From contig OZ024742.1 of assembly GCA_964016885.1 (NCBI GenBank), positions 112,096,001 through 112,160,000 of the forward strand: a stretch of DNA of 64,000 nucleotides, in the 5' to 3' direction. Positions 28,277-42,418 of this stretch are shown here, in pieces (positions within the stretch are counted from its first letter, which is position 1; the number at the start of each line of letters is the position of its first letter). The translations under genes and the position numbers were made by a program. The notes below the pieces were generated by a model. That model saw only the letters and a program-made list of their open reading frames with translations. It was not told the DNA's origin and did no database searches. The DNA comes from Eledone cirrhosa (taxonomy: Eukaryota).

Positions 28277-30279
28277 GACCTCCCATAACCGGAATACTCC
28301 TACTGTTGGCCCTCCATGCTCACCACCAAGAAATCCAAAGAAAAAGAGAGAAAAATGGTCAAGGGAAGATAATAAAGAAGTCCTTGAGGCTTTCTACACT
28401 GCCATGTACTACCCATCAAATACATCGAATACAGAGCAAACATATATCAACTGGAAAAAGAAACATCCCGAAAACAGAGGCTATATTGACAGTAACAAAC
28501 TAGCCAATATACGAAGAAATATTGTAAGAAAAAAGTTACTAACTGATATAGAAATTGATCAGATCAAGCTAGTAGCACAAAGTCAGCGAAGGGAAAATGA
28601 AGCATGTGTCAGTGAAAACGAGGTAAACTGTAACACTTCGAATCCCAGAGTTGGGGCGGAATCACTGGCAACAGAACAAATTAAAGAAAGGAGCGAAAAA
28701 GTGGAGGGAGTGCATGCTCAGGATGAAACTCCAAATGAAAATAATGAGATCGTAAATGATAAAGAAATGAATGAGAATGAACTTGCCAACTTGAAGGATG
28801 AAATTATGATCGAATGGATGAAAATGAAAGAATCTGACATGGGGGAACGAGACACCCTCCCTAAGATCCAGAACTCCAAACAGAACCAAAAGATAATACA
28901 CAAGACTAACATAATTCTCAAAAACATTATCATCACAAACAAACTAAGCATTACTGACTTAAATCATCTCTATTATGCATCGGCTAAAGTCACCACTCAC
29001 TTATGTGGAGTGAAGATGAAAAAACAAAGGAATTCCCACGAGAAATCTACTTGGCAAGATAACATCAATCGCCAAATAAACCTTCTCCGATCTGACATAG
29101 AAATTTTAACAAACTATAAAGTAGGTGAACATGTTAAACAAACTAAACTTAGAAAATTGAAAAAGAAGTACAGTATAAGATCAACATGTGACATAGACAT
29201 GCTGATAGAAACAATCAAGCAAAAAGTGTCGGCCAAAGCTGCTCGTATAAGGCGCTTTGAAAAACGATCTAGATTCTATAAGGACTAGAATATGTTCAAA
29301 AACAACCAAAGAAACTTCTACAGAAAAATTGGTAAGTCAACAATAACTGCTAAATCAATACCACCCAAGGAGGAAGTGCAAGAATTCTGGGAAAAGATCT
29401 GGGCCGAAGAAAAAGTTCATAACATACATGCCCCATGGATAGACAGACAAATGAAAGAAACAGCTCACCTTGAAGAACAAACATGGGAAAATATAACAGT
29501 TGAACAGCTGCGCTTGGCTCTAAGAAAAACCAGCAAATGGAAATCCCCAGGAAAAGACAAAATACAAAACTTTTGGATAAATGCCTTCACAGAGTCTCAT
29601 GAGCTGTTAGCCCAACTTTACAATGAAATAGTTAAGGAGCCAGAAAAGATACCATCATGGCTAGTTAACGGCATTACATTCCTGCTACCGAAGAATGATG
29701 AGACAAACAATCCCCAAAATTACAGACCGGTAACCTGCTTGACCACAATGTATAAAATTTTAACATCAGTCCTAACTGAATACACATATGACCACCTGAT
29801 AACAAATGACCTATTTCCCATTGAGCAGAAAGGGTGTAAACGAGGCTCATATGGCTGTAAGGATCAGCTTCTGGTTAACAAAATGATACTGGAAGATTGT
29901 CATAATAGACACAAAAATCTATCGATTGCTTGGATAGATTATAAAAAAGCATTTGATAGTTTGCCACACAGTTGGATTGAAAAATGTTTAGAGATTTTCA
30001 AAATATCCCCCGTTATCAGGAGGTTTTTGTCATTCAGTATGAGGACATGGAGAACGACACTCCTTTTGAATAGTGAAACAAAATCACTGGAAGCTGGAGA
30101 AGTTAACATTAATCGTGGAATTTTTCAGGGTGACTCTTTATCACCGCTTTTATTCTGCATCGCACTTATACCATTAAGTAAAATGCTCAATGAAACAAAA
30201 CATGGATATAGAGTCTATGACAAAACCATTAATCACCTGTTCCACATGGATGACCTGAAACTATTTGCAAAAAATGATG
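28275..30279 (+). mobile_element. R4/Dong-like RLE retrotransposon family A, N-terminal part up to the RT catalytic motif
   Basis: ORFs 28203-29288 and 29292-30365: KWKSPGKD, NYRPVTCL, IAWIDYKKAFDSLPH, RGIFQGDSLSPLLF, HMDDLKLFA. Confidence 0.85.
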
Positions 30280-31860
30280 ATTATGCTGCGAAAAGTGAGA
30301 GCAGAATACAAGTTAGGAAAGGGAGAGCTTACCATCAATCACCTCCTCTTCATGGACGATCTTAAGCTCTTCGGGAAAAGTGAGAAGGAGTTGGATGTGC
30401 TTGTTGACATTGTCCGTATTTTCAGCAGTGATATATGTATGCAGTTTGGTATTAGTAAATGTGGAGTCATTGTGATGAGGAGGGGTAGGTTGAGCAGAAG
30501 TAACGGGATCCAGATACCAACAGGTGAGATGATAAAGGAAATTGACTCTGAGGAAGGATACAAGTATTTGGGCGTTCTGGAGGCTGATGTCATAAAGAAC
30601 AAAAAAATGAAGGAATTGTTAAGAACTGAATACATTCGGAGAGTAAGGAGCGTATTGAAGTCACATCTGAACAGCAGAAATGCCATAAGCGCAGTAAATT
30701 CCCGAGCTGTGTCTATTATTAGGTACAGTGCGGGAATTCTGAGATGGAATGTTGCTGAACAAAAAGAAATGGATAGGTAGACTAGGAAGCTATTGACTAT
30801 CTACAACATGTTCCACAAGAGGAGTGATGTCGATAGACTCTACCTAAGGAGATCTGAGGGTGGAAGCGGTCTTATCAGCATAGAAGTGTGTTCAGATGGA
30901 GAAAAACAACCTATACAAATACGTGACCTATAGTAAAGAGCCAATGCTCAGAACTGTACTGAAGGAGGGGACAGTAGGCCAGGGGATGTCCAAGGAGGAA
31001 ATAACATCAAGGAGGAAGAGCAGCCTTAAGGGAAAATCCCTTCATAGTACCTTCTTTGAGAAAACTGAATTTAGAGATCCACAGACATGGAACTGGTTGA
31101 GAAGAGGAGACCTCAAAAAGGCTACAGAAGGAATGCTAATGGCTGCGCAGGAGCAGGCCCTCAAAACGAAGTGGTTGAAGCACCATATTTACAAGGAGGA
31201 GGCTAGCCCACTGTGCAGGATCTGTGGAGAGAGAGAGGAGACTGTGGCTCACATTGTGTCCGAGTGTAAAGACCTAGCCCAGACCCACTATAAGGGCTGG
31301 AGACACGATGTGATGGGCAGGGTGATCCACTGGCACCTGTGCAAAGTAAACAATTTAACACATTCTGAGAAATGGTATGAGCATAGGCCAGAGGCGGTGA
31401 TGGAGAACAATCAGGTGAAGGTGCTGTGGGATTTTAGGATACAGACGGACAAAAAACTGGAACACAATAGACCTGACCTGGTGGTTGTGGACAAAGAAAA
31501 AAGATCGTGTCTGATTATGGATGTGGCCTGCCCTTTCGACACGAGAGTGCAAGAGAAGGAGAGGGAGAAAATTAACCGATACCAGGACCTAAAGTGGGAG
31601 GTGAAAAGGATTTGGAACTGCCATGAAGTCAAAGTGATCCCGATTGTCATAGGCGCACTGGGGACTATCTCCAAAAGTTTCCAGGGATGGTTAAAGAAAA
31701 TCGGCCCCTTCACGCTTTTTGGAACGCTTCAAAAGGCATGCTGCTTGGAACAGCAAGAACCCTCCGATACGTTCTGAATATCTGAGGCTGCAGGTAGTGG
31801 CTTGATATTCATTCCAACGGACTTTCCAGTTAACCAACATCAATGACTGAGATTCAAGGA
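30280..31860 (+). mobile_element. R4/Dong-like family B, 5'-truncated (RT motif through RLE endonuclease)
   Basis: INHLLFMDDLKLF, YKYLG, CRICGEREETVAHIVSEC, RHD, RPDLVVVDK..IMDVACP..EREKINRY (PD-(D/E)xK); AAT-type tail at 31860-31912. Confidence 0.85.
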
Positions 31861-31912
31861 ATAACAACAATAATGATAATAATAATAAGGATAATAATAA
31901 GGATAATAATAA

Positions 31913-34819
31913 TAGGAATTCCCACAAGAAATCTACTTGGCAAGAGAACATCAATCGCCAGATAAATCTTCACCGATCTGACAGAAATGTTAACAAGCTA
32001 TAAAGTAGGTGAACATGTTATACAAACTAAACTTAGAAAATTGAAAAGAAAGTATAGTATAAAATCAACAAGTGACATAGACATGCTGATAGAAATAATC
32101 AAGCAAAAAGTGTCGGCCAAAGCTGCTCGTATAAGGCGCTTTGAAAAACGATCTATATTCTATAAGGACAATAATATGTTCAAAAACAACCAAAGAAACT
32201 TCTACAGAAAAATTGGTAAGTCAACAATAACTGCTAAATCAATACCACCCAGGGAGGAAGTGCAAGAACTCTGGAAAAAGATCTGGGCCGAAGAAAAAGT
32301 TCATAACATACATGCCCCATGGATAGACAGACAAATGAAAGATACAGCTCACCTTGAGGAACAAATATGGGAAAACATAACAGTTGAACATTTGCGCTTG
32401 GCTCAAAGAAAAACCAGCAAATGGAAATCCCCAGGAAAAGACAAAATACAAAGTTTTTGGATAAATGCCTTCACAGAGTCTCATGAGCTGTTAGCCCAAC
32501 TTTACAATGAAATAGTTAAGGAGCCAGAAAAGATACCATCATGGCTAGTTAACGGCATTACATTCCTGCTTCCGAAGAATGATGAGACAAACAATCCAAA
32601 AAATTACAGACCGATAACTTGCTTGACCACAATGTATAAAATGTTAACATCAGTCCTAATTGAATACACATATGACCACCTGATAACAAATGACCTATTT
32701 CCCATTGAGCAGAAAGGGTGTAAACGAGGCTCATATGGCTGTAAGGATCAGCTTTTGGTTAACAAAATGATACTGGAAGATTGTCATAATAGACACAAAA
32801 ATCTATCAATTGCTTGGATAGATTATAAAAAAGCATCCGATAGATTGCCACACAATTGGATTGAAAAATGTTTAGAGATTTTCAAAATATCCCCCGTTGT
32901 CAGGTTTTTGTCATTCAACATGAAGCCATGGAAAACGACACTCCTTTTGAATAGTGAAACAAAATCACTGGAAGCTGGAGAAGTTAATATTAATTGTGGA
33001 ATTTTTCAGGGTGACTCTTTATCACCGCTTTTATTCTGCATCGCACTTATACCATTAAGTAAAATTTTCAATGAAACAAAACATGGATATAGAGTCTATG
33101 ACAAAACCATTAATCACTTGTTCTACATGGATGACCTGAAACTATTTGCAAAAAATGATGAACAATTGCAAGGGCTATTATCCACCGTGGAGCAGTTCAG
33201 TAATGACATTAAAATGGTGTTTGGACTAGATAAATGCGCCAAAGCAACGTTCACCAGAGGAAAGCTGCTGAAGAGTTCAGACATTAATCTTGATCGGGGG
33301 AACGTGATAAGAGAACTTGATCATAAAAAACTTACAAATATCTAGGTGTTTGTGAAGGAGACGGAATCAAGCACTCGACAATGAGGGGAAGGATAAGGAA
33401 GGAATGTTACCACAGAGTAAGAGCAATCTTAAGAACGGAATTGAATGCAAGGAATAGGATCGATGCCATAAACACGCTTGCCGTACCAGTAGTAACCTAC
33501 AGTTACAATGTCATCAACTGGTCAAGCACAGAGATCCGTAGGCTTGATACAAAAATTCGAAAAACCTTAACCATGCACAGAATGCATCACCCTAAGGCAG
33601 ATATAGATAGAATATATCTCCCTAGGAAAGAACGAGGACGTGGGTTAGTCCAGTTAGACATTGCGTTGAAAACTGCAACAATCGGATTATCTACATATCT
33701 AAGGGAATCACATGATTGGATGATCAAACTCGTTTTGAAACACGAAAGCATCAAAAGATCATATTCCATTACAAAAGATGCACAAAGATATAGGAATGGA
33801 CTACACATTTCAGAAGTTCCATTTACTGCTGAAATGGAAAACACAGAAAAAGCAAAGCAGGTAAAATTAAATGCAAAGAAAGAATTGCTACAGAAACTGG
33901 CTAAGAAATGGCAAGAAAAGCCTCTGTATGGAAAATACCCAGAACGAGCTAACAATCCTGATGTTGACAAAACTTTAACCCATCAGTGGTTGGCATCCTC
34001 TGGACAGAAATCGGAGACTGAAGGACTGATTATATCAGCACAAGATCAGTGTCTGCCAACAAAAAATTACCAAGCCAACATAATAAAAAAAATGGATGCA
34101 GCCCATTATGCCGTGTATGCAAAAAACAACCAGAGACCATTGACCATATAATTTCAATGTGCAGTTCTATAGCTCCAACCGAATACCTAAATAGGCATGA
34201 CAGAGCTGCACAATACATACATTGCATAATATGTAAGCATTTTGACCTGCCCCATCAAAAGAATTGGTTGGAGCATCAACCACCTCCCATACTTGAAAAA
34301 GAACACATCTCAATCTTGTGGAACTTTAGCATCCAAACAGACCGAAAAATAGATGCAAATAGACCTGATATAATATTGAAGGACTTTAAAAAGAGGGTAT
34401 GCCTGCTAATTGATATGTCCGGTCCAATAGACAAGAATGTATCTATAAAAACATTTGAAACATTGAGCAAGTATAAGGACCTGGAGATAGAAATTGGAAA
34501 AATGTGGAAATTGAGAACTAAAACAATACCAGTGGTTGTAGGCGCTCTGGGAATGATACCTAAGAGGTCTAAGATTACTTATCGCAAATCCCAGGAAACC
34601 CGCGTATAGGAGAAATACAAAAGATAGTACTAATGGGAACTGCCCATATACTAAGGAAGATTCTGTCAATATAAGTACATCACAAGTCTAAACACTAAAG
34701 ATGCATGTGTGTGTATGTATGTTCTTTCCTGAACATGGCGGACCTTGTTGTCTCTTGAGGTCACTGGTTGTGACTTGGTGATAACTCGTATGAACATAAA
34801 GCAAGATAAATGCAACTGT
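31913..34819 (+). mobile_element. R4/Dong-like family A, second copy (5'-truncated, 3' end complete, frameshifted)
   Basis: 31913-33160 duplicates 29028-30279; FYMDDLKLFA, CRVCKKQPETIDHIISMC, RHD, RPDIILKD; (AAT)n tail at 34819-34856. Confidence 0.88.
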
Positions 34820-34863
34820 AATAATAATAATATTAACAATAATAATAATAATAATAAAAAAAA

Positions 34864-35052
34864 TAATTGTTTCTACTTTTAGCACAAGGCTAGCAATTGC
34901 CCAGTGTATTACTGGTACTTTATTGTTATCACCCCCGTAAGGATGAAAGGCAAAGTTAACCTCGGCAGGATTTGAACTCAGAATGGCAAGGGCCGTAACT
35001 CTATGCGTCAAAGCATGGCGTCCGACCCTTTAGCGATACTGCCAATCCACCA
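34864..35052 (-). mobile_element. tRNA-derived SINE between (AAT)n tracts
   Basis: Near-identical to 27838-28028. Confidence 0.85.
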
Positions 35053-35077
35053 ATAATAATAATAATAATATTAATAA

Positions 35078-35400
35078 TAATGGTTTCTTTATTGACCACA
35101 AGGGTTGACACAAAGTATAACATTAAGTACAACACAGAACAATACAACAAATGGGTCTTTATGCGTGTAAAAAAAAAACAGAGTATGTTTCAAAAAAGGA
35201 AACAATGAAAAAATGTCCCAATAGTGGGAGAGACCTCGTAGGATTGCTCGTGGAGAAAGCCCACAAGAAAAGTCACGGTTACCCTGACCGCTTGGGCAAA
35301 TGCCCTCTTCCAGTGTTCCTCCTACAATGCTACAGACACACACTCAGGGTAGACCCATTCACCCGGACAATTCTTGCCTCTCTCACCCACCTTTCAACAA
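35078..35400 (-). mobile_element. 3' end fragment of a Tx1-like LINE
   Basis: atggtttctttattgaccacaagggtt and cccattcacccggacaattcttgcctctctcacccacctttcaacaaa match 21786-22110. Confidence 0.8.
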
Positions 35401-37281
35401 ATAATATGGTATAGCCCAATATGCAAAGGCAGCAAGATGAAGGTTGATCGATTAGCTATTTTTGTCATAGATTAATAGAAATGAATTTTCTCCTAACCGA
35501 AGTGTCAATGCCCGCAAATGATAATGTGTCACGCAAAGAAATTTAAAGAATATACAAATATTAATAAAAAAGGAAATAATGCTAAATCACAATGAGGGGT
35601 CTGCAAACAGAAAATATCCCTTTTAATAATAATGATCATCTTAGTAATAATTGTGAAAATATATACAATTAAAAAATATATATCGAGAGTTCATATTATT
35701 GTACTTGATATACATAATATTCTAAGTCATAACAAAATCAATACAAGTCCTTTACATAGAGCCAAACTGTACAGAACTTTGCTAGATAGTGCGACAATAA
35801 CATGGAACAAAAATATGATTAACGAAGATCCGTTATTGATATATTTTCATATCCTTTACATATGAATATTAAAAAGAAAGTCATGTTTCTATGAAGTTGT
35901 GATCTTAGTCTAGCAGTGAACATGTATAATTTAATCACAACTCAGTAAACTAGATTCATGAAATCGTATATTGAGTAACATAGAAGCTGAGCTAACCGTT
36001 TTTATTCTTTTACTGTTTTTCAAATTAAGCTGAGGCATGCGATTATACCGAAACTTGTACATATTTCTGAAACATGGTACAAATATAATGATTGAGTTTC
36101 GTGGTACAGTTAAGTTAATGTGAAGTAAGACAAGGTAGATACGGACACAGTCCGGCGAAATCAGTAGATTAGATTGCACGTGATGCTAATAATAGGACAT
36201 GCATGTGTTTCAAACCCATAGTGGCTATATTTTAATATTTTATTGAATTTATTGAGGCACAAGACAGTGAGTACATACGATGTTGAACTCATAATTTGGT
36301 GGATTCAATTCCTGCAACAGACGTTGAGTTGAGCAAAGAGCTTTATTGCCAGACGCTCGCCTACCATGTCACGCGCATAGTATCGGCAATTGAGAAAGCA
36401 ATTAAAATATGTTCTTTCTTAAGTTCTGATGATCTGACGATATACATGAATGATTAATTTCTAGATATTTTACATCTAACAAGGTAATATTTTTATCGAG
36501 TTTCCTAATATCATATGTTGTGGGATTGAACCTGAAACCACGTAGCTGCAAAGCAAAATCATAACATCATAGATATACCCGCCCATATGATGTATTGGAT
36601 ATTCGTTGATTAACAGCAAAGTCAATATGAAGCATGCATCTTCACTGTTGATTGATGTTTTTTCTGTCACCAATCGGTTGTTTGAAATCTCTGCTACGCA
36701 AAAGCACACTTGAAACAATCATATTTACTGCATGTTCCCAAAGTACCTGCGTTCAAAGAACATTCATTCTGTCATAGATTTTTATACCCCTGCATTCGGG
36801 CTTATGTTGTTTGAAACAATCTCACGCAGATCTTAATAACGACATATGAGATATATCTTCACATTTATGTACATACTTAGCTACATGAATATTCCAAACG
36901 AACAAGTTATGATGTAGAAACATAGCTCTAGAACAGCATCAACATGGCATCATTGGTCTCTGCTATGGCTTCGTTTCTTACCAACAACAACAGAAAACTT
37001 CACATAGAAATGAATATAGCCCTCAAGCATATACAAATGCTACGCATACTCAAGAAATATTAATTTAGATTTAGTTTTGTCACTTCCAAGTGAAGCAACA
37101 CTACCAAATGTTGCCCATACATATCTGGTCCATTCTTGTGAAAGTATTGTAGCCAACAGTAGTAAGAACCTACAACCTTGTCTCAACACAGTGTACACAA
37201 CAAACAAATACAGTTATCAAACAATGAACACTAGATATAACACAGAGTCTAGTCTAATGCCAATATAAATAAAATAAAATA

Positions 37282-37420
37282 ATGGTTTCTTATATATGCA
37301 CAAGCCCAGCAATTTAGGGGTCGTGGGAAGTCGATTAAATCGTCTCCAGTGCGTCAATGGTACTTTATTTTAACGATCCCGTAACGATGAAAAGCAAAGT
37401 TAACCAAGGCAAAGTTAACC
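37282..37420 (-). mobile_element. SINE 3' part
   Basis: ggtactttattttaacgatcccgtaacgatgaaaagcaaagttaacc. Confidence 0.65.
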
Positions 37421-37663
37421 ATGAAGAAAGAAAATAGAAACATGTTAAAACAAAAGGACAAAATGTAGGGGTCGTGTTTTGAACGCTGCACAATAACACC
37501 AAAGAAATTACTAAGTACCAGTCGGAGTGTGAAATACTATTTGCGATGAAGATGAGTTAACACTATATAAACAATTTAAAATATTTTTATACAAGTCCCG
37601 ACACAATATAAACATGATCGTGCTTTTCACATTGCTGAACATATGATATTATGTATAAGTAAA

Positions 37664-37835
37664 GTGGGTGATGGATTGGCAGAATCGGTAGAGCAGAGGT
37701 CACCATTCTATGTGGATTAATGTTACGGCCCTTTATTGTTGAGGTTAGCTTTGCCTTTCATCCTTACGGGGTCAATATAATTAAGTACCAGCAACACACT
37801 TGGGTCGACGTAATTGACTGTAACTTCCCGCCAAA
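37664..37835 (+). mobile_element. tRNA-derived SINE, diverged
   Basis: gatggattggcagaatcggtagag...ctttgcctttcatccttacggggtcaatataattaagtaccag. Confidence 0.75.
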
Positions 37836-37951
37836 TTATTGATTTAATAAGTAAAGCTATGAATAAGTAAAGCTAACTCCAATATAGTAGCACCATTTCA
37901 AACACCAGGATATAGTCAGATATAATTTCATCTCTGACTTTACTGTAGATG

Positions 37952-38005
37952 ACAATTTTATTTTAAAACAACTCATACCGATGAGTTGTTTTAAAATAAA
38001 ATTGT
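37952..38005. repeat. Perfect 25-bp inverted repeat with 4-nt loop
   Basis: acaattttattttaaaacaactcat-accg-atgagttgttttaaaataaaattgt. Confidence 0.9.
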
Positions 38006-40899
38006 ATTATCTGATACCGTGTATCTCCAGTGTTTAAGTTGCTTTTGTTTGAGATGGTGTTTGATTTGAATAGCCAGGGCCTAGAATCATTTGGTTAGAA
38101 TGATACATACTCAACAAAAAACAAACACATTTTAAAAAATATAATCTTTAATTTTCCTATATATCAACATAATGTGAGTAAGAGAATAATATAACATTAA
38201 AATTAATTTTTCTGCAAGGATTTTTAATGTGTATTTTCTAGATACCACAAATCATGAATAATTAGTATGCAAGCCAAAATTCTTAATTTATATAACGACA
38301 TTCTCTCGTGATCCAATTATAAATTTAGTAGCTATATCGATGGTCAAATTATATGCATTATAAAATATATAAATTAAATGTAGCCTTGATTGTTGCATAA
38401 CTATAATGAGTTCTACCTGATTTATAATGATATATAGTAGACGCAATTCTCCAAACTGCCTCAGAAATCCGGAAAAGCTAACCGACGTTTCTTTCCTTAA
38501 TGCGATGCAAGTTGGCCACACTTATTATTATGAAATATTTACACTCCATATTTGATAAAATTCTCCCATTTAATTTAAAGGAATATGGATTTTTCTGCAA
38601 TCTTATTCTCATGCAAAATACAGTCAGAATATACATGTATTAGTTGTATTCACATATAACTTTTTCCAGTCTATGTATATGCTGATGTAGAGTTACTGAG
38701 CTCTGTTAAAACTATATTACTTAATCAATACTTTGTAACAATGAGTCATATACATAAATCACGTATATATATATTGCAATTACAAACAATTTACTCCAAG
38801 ATTCGCAAGTTCTTCGGAATGATAAAACGGAGACTTAAGAACTGACATATATGGACGACTGTAGTTATTTGACACCATCGTCTTGTGTTATTAAATCATA
38901 AATATATACATTGACGTAAGATACTAAACAGAAATAGATTCCATAATGAAATATACGAACAGCGCTGCAGGGTGTTCCGTAATCTTAACAAGTATGGCCA
39001 AATTTGCACTGGTCATATGTTTAATTAATATCCACTCCTAATGTTACACTGTATATTGCAAATTTACATAGTGATTAGGTTTAAATTGTCTGCAGTATTA
39101 AGGATTACTTAAATTCCCATCTAATTAATATAGAATGGATAACAGCATCTTGAAAATGTTCATCATCAGGTATTTCATTCATTCAGCAGCATTTATTATT
39201 TATACACTGATTATTGTTCAGGACAATTGTGTAATTAATTGTAGAAGGGATAATAGTTGAAACCTATGTAATCGAGTTTTGAAATTGATATTCCTGGAAT
39301 ATTTTCCTATTTAAATATATTTCAAATGGGTCGTTTATATCACAGGTATATACAAGAGCCGAAAGCAGTTACAATGTTGCCAGAAGAGGAACATTTGTGG
39401 AAATATCATAACATTTGTATTATAGAATTTCTTGAAATATCTCTACACAATCCTTTAGCTCTTCCTCAATCTAATCACATGTATCGAAGATGTGTCTTAA
39501 CATTTTGCGTATTACATTGAAAGTTATATGGCCTTCACAATTCTAATGATTTAATACAGTTCTTGAAGAATTGTTATAAACAGGTTTCAATAAATCCTCC
39601 AAATTTTCTGTTGACTATTTTATTGAACAGATCGAGTGGCAAACTATGGATTCATACGCCAAATTATATAAGCCTCTGCTTTCAGAAATGTGAAAATGAA
39701 ACATCTTCATGTCATTCAATTATCCCTTATATATGTTCAGAAATCAAAACTACAACTATGTAATTCATTATTTAAGAGCATAGTTGCATTTAAATGTGTT
39801 ATTGTTTCAATCTTATGAGGTATTATCTGAAATGACTATGCATCTATTTGAAGTAATTAATTGGTATATATTTTAAGCTGAAAGAAAAATCAATATTTCA
39901 TTGTCAATTGAGTAATACGTAAATAAAGTATTAATTTTATATCTCTGAAATAATTTGAAATTAATTTAAATAAAAACAAATATTTTTAAAGTATGCAGAC
40001 ATGTATTTTAATGCGCAACTAAAATTTAAATGAAAAATTACAAGCAATTGTGTATTCAATTTATTTTATTATTTTTTATTCTATTCTATGTAATTTGAAG
40101 TGGCACTATCATAGCGTGGTTCATCATTGTATTTTCTCTTATATGCTTTAGTTTATTTTATTTAATCTTATTCTCTTTTATTTTATTCTAGTCTGATTCA
40201 TTCTAATTCATCCTTTTCAGCCTTACCGTATAACACGGTTAGTTTTATCACATAATGGGGCCAAATTCACTCAGCGTTGCTGGCTAAAATTAACATGGTC
40301 ATAAGAGAAGTGTTACCCAAAAAGCAGAGGTCTTACCCCAAAAGAGATGAACATATTTTGATTTTGATCTTCTATGCGTCTGATGAGCAAGTTGACATCA
40401 TAATCGCTACGATCCTAATTAGTCAAGGCTTCTCACGAATCACTCTGCCCTTTAAGACATTAACAACGAGATGCCACCGTGGATTCACAATTTCACCACG
40501 TAACAGTATTTATTACTGAATAAACTGGTGCGATATAAATTAATATCTAGTCCCCCCTCTCTCTCTCGATTTATATATATATATATATATATGAATGTAT
40601 ATATAGTGTATTTTGCAATACACTTTATGCTTAATTAAAAGCATTTTGAAGACCTTATACTATTGTTTTAGAGTAGTGAGAGGCTCACCTACTTTAATTT
40701 CAGCAAACAGGGGGAGATAAAGCTGACCAGGCCTAGTTTCTGCATTTATTGATGCTTATCAAAGCCAACTACTCCTCCCGTTTGCTGAAAACACGGATGT
40801 TATGTTCTTATAGAATTCTAGTAAATAATCAGGAATTGATTATACAGAGCGGCTGCCGGTCAAGCAGAAATGAAAAAATTCAGAGCACCAATTCTAATT

Positions 40900-41082
<183 letters not shown>

Positions 41083-41206
41083 CATAAAATCGTGTACAGC
41101 ATGTTTTCAACTTACAGAGAAATTGGTATTTTCTTGGCATTTTTACCTTCTATAAAATATATGTTTCCTTCTGTTTTTATTAATGATATACGAGCCTTCA
41201 GATAAT

Positions 41207-41393
41207 TGTTTCTACTTTTGGCACAAGGCCAGCATATACCCAGTGCATTACTGGTACTTTATTTTATCGACCCCGTAAGGATGAAAGGCAAAGTTAACCT
41301 CGACGGGATTTGAACTCAGAATGGCAAAGGCCGTAACTCTATGCGTCAAAGCATGGCGTTCGACCCTCTACCGATACTGCCAATCCACCACCC
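41207..41393 (-). mobile_element. tRNA-derived SINE with an 18-bp target site duplication
   Basis: tacgagccttcagataat at 41189-41206 and 41394-41411. Confidence 0.9.
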
Positions 41394-41454
41394 TACGAGC
41401 CTTCAGATAATGGCTATATTTGGTCCGGAAATTAAATATACTTATCATGTTTTG

Positions 41455-42387
41455 AATGTGTGCAAAATTATAGGATCCATGGTCACTTTCTTGCTGTCCT
41501 GATGTCTTTATACGAATGCCCGAATATTTTTGATCGCATAAATGGTGCTAAATCGAAACCATTCAATGTGGGAGTTGGAATCCCCAGGGTGCATACTATC
41601 ACAGTTCCTGTTCATTATTTAGATGAACAGGATTGACATGCGTAGCCGCGTTGGAAGTGATATTATGACTCCTGGGTGTAATATTAGTCGGCTGGAATTT
41701 GCATATGAAATAGTGTTAAATGACATGTCAGAATGTGATCTCCGACTTGCACTTGAGAGCTCTGATGCCGAGTGCTGCACGACTGGAATGGAATCAGTGG
41801 TGCGAAAGTTTACACAATCATCATCTTAAGGAGGCCTGCGCAGTGGACTCTAAATCTGAATGTAGTTAAATGAAGTAGGTTGAATAGTTCGGGTATATCC
41901 GTGGCGTGTCCAGGAGCAATAGAAGGAAGGTGGCTGAATTAAGTGCATGAATACATGAAGTGCAGTAGCTGGTTCAGTAATGCGTCTGCGTCAGCTTTTG
42001 GTAATCAGCAGAAAGGAGGTAGATGTAAAAACCAAACTAGCAATCTTCGAATCGGTAATCGCGGCACGCCTTAGCTATGCTCATGAATGTTGGGGTAATG
42101 AGCCAACAATTACGAAACCGGATACAAACGTCCGAAATGGGGTTCCTCTGAATAGCCGTTGGGAAAAACCAACCGACAGGAGACACAGGCGTAGACCCTG
42201 AGAAAGGTGAGGGATAACAACCATCTGATTAGCTTGTCTATCCTGGGGTTCCAGCCGGATCAGTTGGAGACGGTTCTTTCTGAGAGGACCCGATGGAAAG
42301 AATTCTTGAAGATTCTGAACTTACGACACTCTCAGGAATATGTCGGCGAAGAAGAAGAAGAAGAAGAAGAAGAAGAAGAAGAAGAAG

Positions 42388-42416
<29 letters not shown>
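41455..42416 (+). mobile_element. Degraded RTE-clade-like LINE 3' part with (GAA)n tail
   Basis: SKPFNVGVGIPQG-like RT remnant; homologous to 10800-11320; (GAA)n at 42348-42416. Confidence 0.7.

Positions 42417-42418
<2 letters not shown>

Noticed and set aside
36262-36560. Two possible SINE-head remnants (ggattcaattcctgc; gggattgaacc)
   Set aside because: Too short and diverged to delimit.
39110-39760. Coding-like composition, possibly a decayed transposon gene
   Set aside because: Many stops and no motif I can recognise; a TBLASTX or HMM search would be needed.
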